A stretch of DNA of 44,928 nt from an uncultured Hyphomicrobium sp. (GCA_902825785.1 CADECN010000001.1:1-44928), one strand, 5' to 3'. Shown: positions 1 to 8,356, counted from the first letter of the stretch. A program made the numbers and translations. Notes: a model not told the origin generated them from the sequence alone.

Positions 1-62
1 CTTCCCTCCACACAACGCCTAATCTAATCCCATCACCAACACAGCATCCTGCTCACCCGTTG

Positions 63-421
63 GTCGCTCATCCCGCAGGAGCGGGGATCTAAACCCTCAG
101 CCTCCAGAAGCAGCTTTCGGATAGCGGGTCGCTCCTCACGCAGGAGCGCGGATCGAAACTTCGTTGATGCCTGGGGGTCAAGGTCCAGCACCGTCGCTCC
201 TCACGCAGGAGCGCGGATCGAAACGACGCGGCGTTGTGCCCCTGGGCAACCGGGGGCGTCGCTCCTCACGCAGGAGCGCGGATCGAAACTGATGGCGGAT
301 GGCCGGTTTTACGAGGTCAAAGAGTCGCTCCTCACGCAGGAGCGCGGATCGAAACTGCTGCGCTGAGAACACTTGCCGCTGCTCTGGGCGTCGCTCCTCA
401 CGCAGGAGCGCGGATCGAAAC
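63..421 (+). CRISPR. CRISPR array (type I-C-like repeat), trailer part, truncated at the window start
   Basis: 32-bp repeat GTCGCTCCTCACGCAGGAGCGCGGATCGAAAC is exact at 128, 193, 258, 324 and 390, with a 4-mismatch copy at 63. Unique 33-34 bp spacers. Internal palindrome GCTCCT-CACGC-AGGAGC and 3' GAAAC are typical of I-C repeats. A further 35-bp spacer (422-456) precedes a decayed repeat start GTCGCTAC at 457. Confidence 0.95.
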
Positions 422-558
422 GTCGAGCAGCACGCCGATGCGCCGGCGGAAGCGCTGTCGCTACTCCGGCATCGATAATCGCCATTTGGTGCCTGTATTG
501 CACCCATCAGCGGACTTGGCCGACGCACTGACGGCGCGTCGGTTTTGAACGCAGCAAC

Positions 559-582
559 GGCCGCTTTTGGGACAAAGCGGCC
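559..582. repeat. Short palindrome GGCCGCTTT-N6-AAAGCGGCC
   Basis: Perfect 9-bp inverted repeat in the non-coding region after the array. Confidence 0.5.
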
Positions 583-1228
583 TAAGAGTTAGCCCAGGAA
601 AACCAAGTCGGAACCTCAACAACATATGTGTTCGCAGTTTCATTCTGTCCGGTGCGCCATCCGCGTATTGGCCGTTGATAGTTCCAGACGATTTCGTCTG
701 ATTGTCCCACCGGTGCTCTACGCGAGAAATGTGGGACATTTTCATTCTCCCGAAGTCCTAGGGAAAACGCGGGTCCGAGCGGCCGCGTCCCCGCGCGAAA
801 GCCAATCGGGCGCAAATTTGGAGGCAGCCTGACCTGCAACTCAGCCCGGTCGAGCGTGCCAGGGTTGGACGCGACTTCAGTCGCCCAGATCCCAATCGCC
901 TTCCATAAGTCGGTGCAGCTGTCGGTGAGCGCGGCTGCGCGGACGAGCTGATGCTTGGCCTAAAGGCGCGACCGGTTCGGCACCCGCTTCGAAGGCTACG
1001 TTGTCAAGATGCTCGATCTAAAGCAGCAGGCTCGGGCTGGAGGCCGAATGCTGCTTTCGTCCTCTGCGATCTCGCCAGAGCTTTCGTAAAAGTGACGCTG
1101 AGGGTTTCCGAAGAAGCAGACGTTTTGGGCTGAGAGATAGCTGGATGCGGCCGGCCCCTCATCGGCAATCCGTATCCTCAGGTTCGCAAGCCCGCAGAAC
1201 GCGCCAGTCCCGTAAAGTCCTGAGTTGA

Positions 1229-1699
1229 TCACATCGTCGACTTCGATCCCGAGGCGGCGAGCAGCCTGGCACTCGGCGGATTTAATCCGAGCACCGTATC
1301 GAGCGCCGCGGCGCCAGGCCCGAATTTCATCAGGTAAAGGAGAGCAACGGCCCAGAGGCCATGAGTGTCGAACGCATTCGGATAGACGAATACCTCGATG
1401 ACAATCGTCATGAAAAGCAGCCCCAGTGATGCGAAGCGCGTGAACAGCCCCGCGAATAGCAGGACCGGCAAGGTCAACTCAGCGGCGGTTGCTAGGTAGG
1501 CCGCGATCTCTGGCGGAATGACCGGCAGCCGGTACTCGTCCTTGAACAGTGCCAGCGTATTTCCTTCCGACCAGCCTTCAAGCTTCAACATGCCGGAGCG
1601 CAGGAAGGTGGCGCCCACTGCCAGGCGCGCCAGATACGAAATCGCGTCCGCCGGGATCGACTGAAATCTCGTTGTCAGACGATTGATGAACTCAAGCAT
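1229..1699 (-). CDS. bufD: DoxX-family membrane protein (bufferin BufD-like)
   Basis: Starts MLEFINRL after an AAGGAAG RBS. Motifs F-x-x-SG-x-x-K, LFKDEYRLP, AELTLPVLL-x-x-GLFTRFA, EVFVYP, HGLW. Last gene of the DUF692 operon. Confidence 0.85.
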   Translation of the reverse strand: MLEFINRLTTRFQSIPADAISYLARLAVGATFLRSGMLKLEGWSEGNTLALFKDEYRLPVIPPEIAAYLATAAELTLPVLLFAGLFTRFASLGLLFMTIVIEVFVYPNAFDTHGLWAVALLYLMKFGPGAAALDTVLGLNPPSARLLAASGSKSTM

Positions 1700-2528
1700 G
1701 AGAACTTCCTTTCGATGTCTGGAGCAAGGGATGCGGTTGGCCGAAGGGCACGACATCGACCACCGCGCCGGCGGAGAAAATCTGCACAAGGGTCGTGGCG
1801 AGATCGAAATTCGCGGAGCACTGCGCCGCGAATGCGCTCGCTTGCCCGAGCGAATAGCCGGCAGCCAAGGCCGCGAGGAATTCAAACGCGCCGCGCTCGA
1901 CCTGTTCGACCTCGACCGCGAAATGCGGTCGTACGATCATTGCCGCTTCACCGTTCGGCGAAGCCGCGATGCGGACGCCACGCTCGTTGCGGACGTTCGC
2001 CCGCCAGATCGATACGACCGGGTACGGCGACCGCATCAGGCGCAACGACGGGTGCAGCAGGAGGCGTGCCCGCGCGACCTCATCGGCCGTCATGTCAGCG
2101 ACGGCATTGCCATCGATCGGCTCGGCGTCCTCGGCGTGACATGCACGAGCCACGTGCCATTCGAGTCGCGCCACGTCGGCAAGATAGGGTACGCCCGCCG
2201 CCGGTTCGAACGACTGGATAAAAGCATCAAGCCCTGCACCGTATTCGAGAAGCACGGGTGAGGCCGGCGGCTGGCCTTCAATGAAAAGGCGTGCCATGGC
2301 ATTGAAGAAATCGTCGCCCACCAGACGGCGCACGGCCGGATACGTCGATCCAAGACAGCCGATCAGGCCCGCGACGACGTTATTGCGATAGACATCGAAG
2401 CGACGCGACGGCGTGCCGTGCCTCGCGCCCAGTCCCTCCGGTACACGCCGGCGGTCGAAAAGAGCAGAAGCGAAATCCGCCTGCATCGCCTTCAGGGCGG
2501 CCGGCGCGGTCTCAAGCAGCGCGGGCAT
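1692..2528 (-). CDS. bufC: DUF2063 (BufC/HvfC-type) MNIO partner protein
   Basis: RFDVYRNNV, YPAVRRLVGDDFF, PPASPVLLEYG and YLADVARLEW motifs. Overlaps both neighbours, suggesting translational coupling. Confidence 0.88.
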   Translation of the reverse strand: MPALLETAPAALKAMQADFASALFDRRRVPEGLGARHGTPSRRFDVYRNNVVAGLIGCLGSTYPAVRRLVGDDFFNAMARLFIEGQPPASPVLLEYGAGLDAFIQSFEPAAGVPYLADVARLEWHVARACHAEDAEPIDGNAVADMTADEVARARLLLHPSLRLMRSPYPVVSIWRANVRNERGVRIAASPNGEAAMIVRPHFAVEVEQVERGAFEFLAALAAGYSLGQASAFAAQCSANFDLATTLVQIFSAGAVVDVVPFGQPHPLLQTSKGSSHA

Positions 2529-3399
2529 TTGGCCTCCTCGCCCTATCGAGAAGTCGTTCTGCTTTTTGGGCTTCCTCGAAGAGTTCGTGCCAAGGTGGAA
2601 TGTCGTTGTCCCATTCGATGAGCGTCGGGATGGCGCCGGTGCGTGCGAGCGTCCGCTCGTACAGCGACCAAACCGCGCCGATCACCGATCTGTCGTGAGC
2701 ATCGATCAGGAGCCGCCCGCCGTCCTCATCGGCAACTTCGGCATGGCCGGCGAGGTGAATCTCGCGCACATGACGCAACAGGAAAGCATCGATGTAGGTG
2801 GCCGGATCGAAGCCGTGGTTGATCGCCGAGACATACGCATTGTTGCAATCAAGGAGGAGCGCGCATCCGGAACGCTGCGCCAAGGCGTCGAGATAGTCGG
2901 GCTCGCTCAGCGTGCTTTCCTGGAACAGGACATAGGTGGATGGATTTTCGATCAACACCTGGCGGCCGAGCGCGCACTGCACCTGATCGACGTGGCGCAC
3001 GACGTGGTCGAGCGTCTCGGCCGTGTAAGGGATGGGCAGCAGATCGTTGAGGAAACCCGTATCATGCGTCGACCACGCCAGATGCTCGGAGACGAGCCCA
3101 GGCTCGTAACGATCGACAAGAGCCTTCAGCCGAGCCAAGTGTTCAAGGTCGAGCGGCCGGGCCGCACCGATCGACAGGCCGACGCCGTGCAGCGAAAGAG
3201 GATAGCGCTCGCGGATCTTCGTCAGCATGTGATGCGGATATCCACCGGCGCCCATATAGTTTTCGGGGTGGACCTCAAACCATCCGACGTCGGGCGCCGT
3301 TTCGGCGATATCCCAATAGTGCTCGGGCTTGAGCCCGACCCCGGCGCGTGCCGGGATCGGGGATGAAGCCCTGGCTCGTTCGCTAAGCTCAGGAGCCAT
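2512..3399 (-). CDS. bufB: DUF692 multinuclear non-heme iron oxidase (MNIO, BufB-like)
   Basis: GVGLKPEH, EVHPENY, HGVGLSIG, SEHLAW, IENPS, LLDCNN, EIHLAGH, IDAH and LIEWD motifs. Start set at MAPELS (GAGG RBS). Confidence 0.93.
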   Translation of the reverse strand: MAPELSERARASSPIPARAGVGLKPEHYWDIAETAPDVGWFEVHPENYMGAGGYPHHMLTKIRERYPLSLHGVGLSIGAARPLDLEHLARLKALVDRYEPGLVSEHLAWSTHDTGFLNDLLPIPYTAETLDHVVRHVDQVQCALGRQVLIENPSTYVLFQESTLSEPDYLDALAQRSGCALLLDCNNAYVSAINHGFDPATYIDAFLLRHVREIHLAGHAEVADEDGGRLLIDAHDRSVIGAVWSLYERTLARTGAIPTLIEWDNDIPPWHELFEEAQKAERLLDRARRPNARAA

Positions 3400-3409
3400 A
3401 GCTTCGACC

Positions 3410-3706
3410 TCACGATTTGACTGGGGTGAGCGAACCCGGACGCTTGCTGCCATCGGGCAGAGTGACTTGGAGCGTCACGCAGGTGCCGGCCGGCACGTAC
3501 TTCCAAGCGCCCTTGTCGAAATCGATTTTGGAGGTGCCGGCGCAGGAATTGTTGCCAGTCGAGGCGCAGTCGTTCTTTCCGGCGGCGGTGACACCGAAGC
3601 ATTTCTCTTTCTTGACGTCGTCGGCCGAGGCCGCCTGCGAGAGGGCGGTAGCGCCCGCGAGCGCCGCAAGTGCGGCCAGGAATACCGTGTTGGTGGCGTT
3701 GGACAT
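3410..3706 (-). CDS. bufA: DUF2282 bufferin-type (BufA1-like) RiPP precursor with Sec signal peptide
   Basis: Signal peptide followed by EKCFGV..GKNDCA..NSCAGTS..AWKYVPAGTC (4 Cys). AGGAGA RBS. First gene of the DUF692/DUF2063/DoxX operon. Confidence 0.9.
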   Translation of the reverse strand: MSNATNTVFLAALAALAGATALSQAASADDVKKEKCFGVTAAGKNDCASTGNNSCAGTSKIDFDKGAWKYVPAGTCVTLQVTLPDGSKRPGSLTPVKS

Positions 3707-3762
3707 TGGTCATCTCCTAGTGAGGCTGAAATCGCTTCGGCGTTTGTCGCGCCGACGCGATG

Positions 3763-3828
3763 AACCTGATGCAAGGGAAAGGAAACCGGAAATGCCCAAT
3801 GGCTATGGTTACGATGCGGCCGCCGCGC
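3763..3828 (-). promoter_or_regulatory. Degenerate copy of the island promoter module upstream of bufA
   Basis: Minus strand reads gCAT-CGTAA-N11-GGGCAT-TTCCGG-N17-CAGGTT, the same spacing as the clear copies. The ATAG half-site is lost. Confidence 0.5.
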
Positions 3829-3839
3829 TGTAACAGCCG

Positions 3840-3906
3840 CCGCGGATCATCTATCGATTTCATGTTGTCATAGCGCCTTCCCAGAACCGCCCGGATCGGG
3901 CAGTTT
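3840..3906 (+). promoter_or_regulatory. Weak copy of the promoter module upstream of the peroxiredoxin-like operon
   Basis: CTAT-CGATT at 3851, then TTCCCA(3878)-N17-CAGTTT(3901). The CTAT-to-TTC spacing is 1 bp longer than in the other copies. Confidence 0.3.
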
Positions 3907-4016
3907 CTCCAGGCAAGCGATGATCGCCCGAAATCCGCTGCGTGGCCGCAACGGCTGGAAGGCACACGAGCCGCCGCGTTCAGACGACGGAATGAAGAGC
4001 CGATACAGGAAAAAAA

Positions 4017-4724
4017 GTGACCGGCCCTACTCCCCTAGAATTGGCTTTTGCGGATATCTGCGCGCTCGATGGAACACTCGCAGACCGCCTGTCCGCCTAT
4101 GCCCACAAGCTCGAGGAGCTGAATTTCCCGTTTGCCGAGGCTTACGACGCGCTCGTCGCCCGGCTGATCAACGGGGAAATCGGGGTCACCGCGCCCCGCG
4201 TCGGCGATGCTATGCCGGACTTCGCGCTGCCCAGCCCGGATGGTGCGCTGTGCCGGCTCGACGATCTGCTCGCGCAAGGCCCCGTCGTTATCAGCTTCAA
4301 TCGCGGCCACTGGTGCCCGTTCTGCCGGATCGAACTGGCGTCGATCGCCAGTCAGCACGCGGCGATTGCAGAGCTCGGTGCGCAGGTTGTTTCAATTCTC
4401 CCGGACCGGCAGAAATTCGTCCAGAAGCTCAGGCGCGACACCGGCGGAAAGCTGCTGATCCTGTCCGATATCGACAACGGATATGCCTTGTCGCTCGGCC
4501 TCGTACTCTGGCTCGGTGAGCGGCTGAAGGTCCTGATGCGCGGCCGAGGATTTCATCTCGACCAGTTTCAGGGCAACGACGGCTGGTTCGTCCCGCTTCC
4601 TGCAACCTTCGTCGTCGCGCGAGACGGCACAGTCGTTGCTCGCCACGTCGATCCCGAGTTCCGGACGCGGATGGAGATTTCAGAGATATTGATGGCGTTG
4701 CGTCTGACCGAAGGTGGCGGCTAG
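4017..4724 (+). CDS. Peroxiredoxin-like AhpC/TSA-family protein 1
   Basis: GD-x-MPDF-x-LP, FNRGHWCPFC, ILSDIDN, PLPATFVV and DPEFRTR motifs. GTG start after AGGA. Confidence 0.88.
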   Translation: MTGPTPLELAFADICALDGTLADRLSAYAHKLEELNFPFAEAYDALVARLINGEIGVTAPRVGDAMPDFALPSPDGALCRLDDLLAQGPVVISFNRGHWCPFCRIELASIASQHAAIAELGAQVVSILPDRQKFVQKLRRDTGGKLLILSDIDNGYALSLGLVLWLGERLKVLMRGRGFHLDQFQGNDGWFVPLPATFVVARDGTVVARHVDPEFRTRMEISEILMALRLTEGGG

Positions 4725-4778
4725 GATAATCCCGGCATGAACACGAGAGGCGCGAAATGAACCCGCGGCCGCGCAAAC

Positions 4779-5501
4779 ATGAATGACGAGCGTTCACTCG
4801 ATGACGTATTCGCCAGCATTTGCGCGATGGAGCTGCCGCTGCGCGAACGGCTTTCCGCCTTCACGGCCGCGATGCCCGCTCACGAATGGGGTCAGCCGTT
4901 TGCGGTGCTCTACGAACGGCTTATCTCGCAGCTAGATAGCGCGAATTCGGGCGACGCAGCACCCACGGTGGGCAATATGCTTCCGCCTTTCGTACTGCCG
5001 GACGCCGACGGCAACCTGGTCGACTCGGCGGCTTTGATCGATAGTGGCCCCACGATCGTCAGCTTCAACAGGGGGCACTGGTGCCAGTATTGCGAGCTGG
5101 AGCTACTGGCTTTCGCGCACGCGCATCAGGAGTTTGCCGCGCATGGCGCCCGGGTTGTCTCGATCATGCCGGAACGGCAATCGTACTTGAAACGGGCGCG
5201 CGAACGCACCGGCGACACCGTTATCTTCCTTTCCGATTTGGATAACGCCTATGCGCTGGAACTCGGTCTGGTCGTCTGGCTCGGTCAGGCGATCAAGGAC
5301 CTTTACACAAGCCACGGTATCGACCTGGGCAGCTATCAGGGCAACGATATGTGGTTCGCTCCGATCCCGGCGACGTTCGTTGTCGCCAAGGGCGGGAAGA
5401 TACTGGCGCGCCATGTGGACCCCGACTTTCGGACCCGCATGGACATCGAAGACATCCTGGCGTGTCTGGAACGGATTGGCTCGGGGCGCGTCGCCGATTG
5501 A
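4779..5501 (+). CDS. Peroxiredoxin-like AhpC/TSA-family protein 2
   Basis: FNRGHWCQYC, FLSDLDN, PIPATFVV and DPDFRTRMD motifs. Confidence 0.88.
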   Translation: MNDERSLDDVFASICAMELPLRERLSAFTAAMPAHEWGQPFAVLYERLISQLDSANSGDAAPTVGNMLPPFVLPDADGNLVDSAALIDSGPTIVSFNRGHWCQYCELELLAFAHAHQEFAAHGARVVSIMPERQSYLKRARERTGDTVIFLSDLDNAYALELGLVVWLGQAIKDLYTSHGIDLGSYQGNDMWFAPIPATFVVAKGGKILARHVDPDFRTRMDIEDILACLERIGSGRVAD

Positions 5502-5616
5502 GGAATTTTGTCGCTGATTAAGCGCGCCGGTGTTGCCGTCGGGAGGCACCATTTGCGTCATTCGTCGGTGGTCGCTCGCCATTCGCGATCAACGCCGCCC
5601 TGGAAGGAAGCAGCGT

Positions 5617-6330
5617 ATGCCGGAAGGGACGATTGCCGAGAAGCTCGCAATTGCGGCGGAGCGCTGCCGAGCACTCGATGCGCCCTTGGCGGGCCGGCTC
5701 CAGGCGTTTGCCGACGAACTGCGCTCTCTGAACCCGAACTTCGCCTCAGTTGTGGATCGCCTTATCGCGCGCCTCGAGGCCTCGCATGTCGGGGCCGATG
5801 CACCCGCGGTCGGCGATGCCATGCCGGATTTCATGCTGCCGGATCAGTCCGGTCGTCTCGTTCCGCTCGCAGACTTCACGGCCAAGGGACCGATCGTCAT
5901 TGCCTTCCATCGCGGCCACTGGTGCCCCTACTGCAGGATCACCGCCGACGCGCTCAGTCGAATCTATGACGACGTATGCGGACTTGGCGGCGACCTCGTT
6001 GTCATCACGCCCGAGGTGGAGCGCTTCAATGCTGAGTTGCGCAGCTCCGTCGGCGCCAAATTTTCGATCCTGTCCGACATCGACAATGGCTATGCGCTGA
6101 TGCTGAGCCTGGCGTTCTACATCGGCGACGAATCCAAGGATCTTCTCGACAACGCCGGTCTGGACCGCGCGCGCTTCAACGCCGGCGATGACGCCACGCT
6201 GCCGATTCCCGCAACGTTCGTTGTGGGAAGCGACGGCAGGGTCAGGGCCCGCCATATCGACCCCGATTTTCGCAAGCGCATGGATGTTGAAGACATACTA
6301 GCCGCCGTGCGCCTAGCGGCCGCGCCGTGA
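5617..6330 (+). CDS. Peroxiredoxin-like AhpC/TSA-family protein 3
   Basis: Starts MPEGTIAEK after GGAAGGAAG. FHRGHWCPYC, ILSDIDN, PIPATFVV and DPDFRKRMD motifs. Confidence 0.88.
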   Translation: MPEGTIAEKLAIAAERCRALDAPLAGRLQAFADELRSLNPNFASVVDRLIARLEASHVGADAPAVGDAMPDFMLPDQSGRLVPLADFTAKGPIVIAFHRGHWCPYCRITADALSRIYDDVCGLGGDLVVITPEVERFNAELRSSVGAKFSILSDIDNGYALMLSLAFYIGDESKDLLDNAGLDRARFNAGDDATLPIPATFVVGSDGRVRARHIDPDFRKRMDVEDILAAVRLAAAP

Positions 6331-6335
6331 GATGG

Positions 6336-7235
6336 CTACGCCGCAATGGGTGATGACGGCGCGAACCAGTCGGCGGCGCGCAGCATCTTCAGAAATGTAC
6401 TTGCCGCCACCGAGCGCTGCCGGCCCGCAACGCCGTAGGCATAAATCGTTCGCGACATCTCGAAGTCCTCGACTTCGACGAGCACGACATTTCCCGATAG
6501 CGAGCTTTGGGGCGCAAAACCCACGCCGATTCCCGCCGCAAGCAGGGTCACGAAATCGGTGTCGGAGCCGGCGCTGTGGAATCGATCGGTGTCGATGCCG
6601 GCGGTCGCAAGGCGTGCGACGCCGTCGGCGAAGTCCTCGCAGTAGGGTCGGCAGAAAATGCGTTCCTTTTTCAGCTCGGCCGGGGTCACGGCTTGGCCGT
6701 TGGCTGCGAAAGGGTGTGTCGGGGCGACCGCAAGCCTGTAGCGCTCGGTAAAAAGCGGCCACGTTTCCAGGCGATCCCACTCACCTGGAAGTTTGGACGC
6801 GAAAGCGACGTCCGCATCGCCCTTCTTCAGATGCTCGACAACGTCGGTGGAGTTGCCTCGGACGAACTTCAATGTCAGGCCCGGGAATGCGCGCACCAGC
6901 TCCTTGAGCATCGGCAGCACAAGTTCGATGTTGACCGTGACGGGCAGCGCGATGGTCAACGGCGCAAGCGCGCCTTTCTTCATTGAAGTTGCAACCTGCT
7001 TGGCGGCTTGCGCGCTTTCGAAACATTGCTGCATGAGCGGCAACATCCGCTGCCCGAGTTCGGACAGATGCGTAAGATTTCGCTCGCGCCGGAAAAGCTC
7101 CCCGCCAAACTCTTCTTCGAGCTGCTTGATCGCCCGTGTCAGAGACGGCTGCGCAACGTGGCACTCCTCGGCGGCGCGCGTGAAATTCAGCAGGCGCGCC
7201 ACGGCAAGGAAATAGCGAACCTGATGCATCTCCAT
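6336..7235 (-). CDS. LysR-family transcriptional regulator, OxyR-like
   Basis: N-terminal HTH NFTRAAEECHVAQPSLTRAIKQLEEE. 299 aa. C195-x3-C199 in the effector domain. Confidence 0.93.
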   Translation of the reverse strand: MEMHQVRYFLAVARLLNFTRAAEECHVAQPSLTRAIKQLEEEFGGELFRRERNLTHLSELGQRMLPLMQQCFESAQAAKQVATSMKKGALAPLTIALPVTVNIELVLPMLKELVRAFPGLTLKFVRGNSTDVVEHLKKGDADVAFASKLPGEWDRLETWPLFTERYRLAVAPTHPFAANGQAVTPAELKKERIFCRPYCEDFADGVARLATAGIDTDRFHSAGSDTDFVTLLAAGIGVGFAPQSSLSGNVVLVEVEDFEMSRTIYAYGVAGRQRSVAASTFLKMLRAADWFAPSSPIAA

Positions 7236-7267
7236 GAAATTTACCTGGCCAACAATATAAGCGCGCG

Positions 7268-7296
7268 AAATTGGCGCGGACGCGGGCGGCGGTCAA
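7268..7296 (-). promoter_or_regulatory. Putative sigma70 promoter of the lysR gene
   Basis: TTGACC-N17-CAATTT on the minus strand, next to the ATAG-N7-CTAT box (typical LysR autoregulation geometry). Confidence 0.5.
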
Positions 7297-7299
7297 GCG

Positions 7300-7365
7300 A
7301 TAGCCAATTGCTATCGAAACAACGCCGATACGGCATTTCAGTATAGCTCAATTGCCGGATAGCTT
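7300..7365 (+). promoter_or_regulatory. LysR box plus promoter module, copy 1
   Basis: cgATAGccaattgCTATcg (7-bp palindrome, T-N11-A), CGAAA-N11-CGGCAT, TTCAGT-N17-TAGCTT. Confidence 0.8.
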
Positions 7366-7371
7366 GCCCTT

Positions 7372-7468
7372 GAAACGATCCCCCGCCGCCGGTTGCTCCC
7401 TCCGACCGACGGCCCCTCAGGACCCGGGGCGGCGCACCCCCGGCAATAGCCCCGGGTCCCTCTTTTTT
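7372..7468 (+). ncRNA. Candidate ~97-nt sRNA or attenuating leader with an anti-SD loop
   Basis: Lies downstream of the predicted promoter. Hairpin 7385-7413 with loop GCUCCCUCC, then a 10-bp GC stem (7420-7429/7450-7459) followed by CUCUUUUUU. Confidence 0.55.
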
Positions 7469-7492
7469 ACCGTCAGGACTTGGAGAGCCAAC

Positions 7493-8326
7493 ATGCAGCT
7501 TATTACCAACGAAACGGCATCGACCGAGTTCGGGCCTCGGCGCGATTTGCGTGGAAAGTCAGCGATTGTGACCGGCTCAACCAGCGGCATCGGGCTTGGC
7601 ATTGCCAAGGCTCTGGCGGCTTCGGGCTCGAACGTCATGTTGAACGGCTTCGCCGAGCGCGACACGATCGAGCGCACGCTGGACGAATTTTCGGCAACCT
7701 ATGGCGTTCGCATGGTTTATTCCGCAGCCGATATGTCGAAGCCCGAAGACATCAACCGCATGGTGGGCGAAGCGCGTAACGCCTTCGGCAACATCGATGT
7801 GCTGGTCAACAACGCCGGCATCCAGCACGTCGAGCCCGTGGAAACGTTCCCGATCGAGAAGTGGAACGCGATACTCGCCATCGATCTTTCGGCCGCGTTC
7901 CACGCAGCGCGCGCGGTGATACCGGAAATGAAGGAGCGCAAATGGGGGCGCATCATCAATATCGCTTCCGCCCACGCGCTGGTCGCCTCGCCCTACAAAT
8001 CCGCCTATGTCGCTGCCAAGCATGGCATCTCGGGGTTGACCAAGACGATCGCACTGGAGACGGCGGAGTTCGGCATCACCGTCAATGCCATCTGCCCCGG
8101 CTACGTATTGACACCTCTGGTCGAGAAACAAATTCCCGAAACGGCGAAAGCGCGCGGCCTGACCGAAGAGCAGGTCGTCCGCGACGTTCTCCTGCACGCG
8201 CAGCCGACGCGGCGCTTCGTGACGACGGAGGAAATCGGCGCGCTGACAGTGTTTCTGTGCACGTCGTCCGCTCGCTCGATCACCGGCGCCAGCATCCCCG
8301 TCGAAGGCGGCTGGACCGCCCAATAG
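7493..8326 (+). CDS. bdhA: D-3-hydroxybutyrate dehydrogenase (SDR)
   Basis: TGSTSGIG, NNAGIQH, IASAH, KSAYVAAKHG, ICPGYVLTPLV-x-KQI and GGWTAQ motifs. GGAGAG RBS. Confidence 0.92.
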   Translation: MQLITNETASTEFGPRRDLRGKSAIVTGSTSGIGLGIAKALAASGSNVMLNGFAERDTIERTLDEFSATYGVRMVYSAADMSKPEDINRMVGEARNAFGNIDVLVNNAGIQHVEPVETFPIEKWNAILAIDLSAAFHAARAVIPEMKERKWGRIINIASAHALVASPYKSAYVAAKHGISGLTKTIALETAEFGITVNAICPGYVLTPLVEKQIPETAKARGLTEEQVVRDVLLHAQPTRRFVTTEEIGALTVFLCTSSARSITGASIPVEGGWTAQ

Positions 8327-8356
8327 CGACGGACGCTGCAATCGGACGAGCCGAAA

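Noticed and set aside
178-548. ORFs with repeated peptides (VAPHAGARIET, FRSALLREER)
   Set aside because: They are translations of the CRISPR repeats.
461-1232. Short ORFs, including the 78-aa ORF 996-1232 overlapping the doxX stop
   Set aside because: No recognisable motif or RBS, and they run through palindromic remnants. No cas-like protein among them.
3785-3812. GTAACC upstream of bufA as a SigF-type ECF promoter
   Set aside because: No CGAA-like -10 at 16-bp spacing. The segment fits the LysR module spacing better, though ECF control is not fully excluded.
6336-7235. Naming the regulator oxyR
   Set aside because: It lacks the GHCLR/C208 signature, so it is only OxyR-like.
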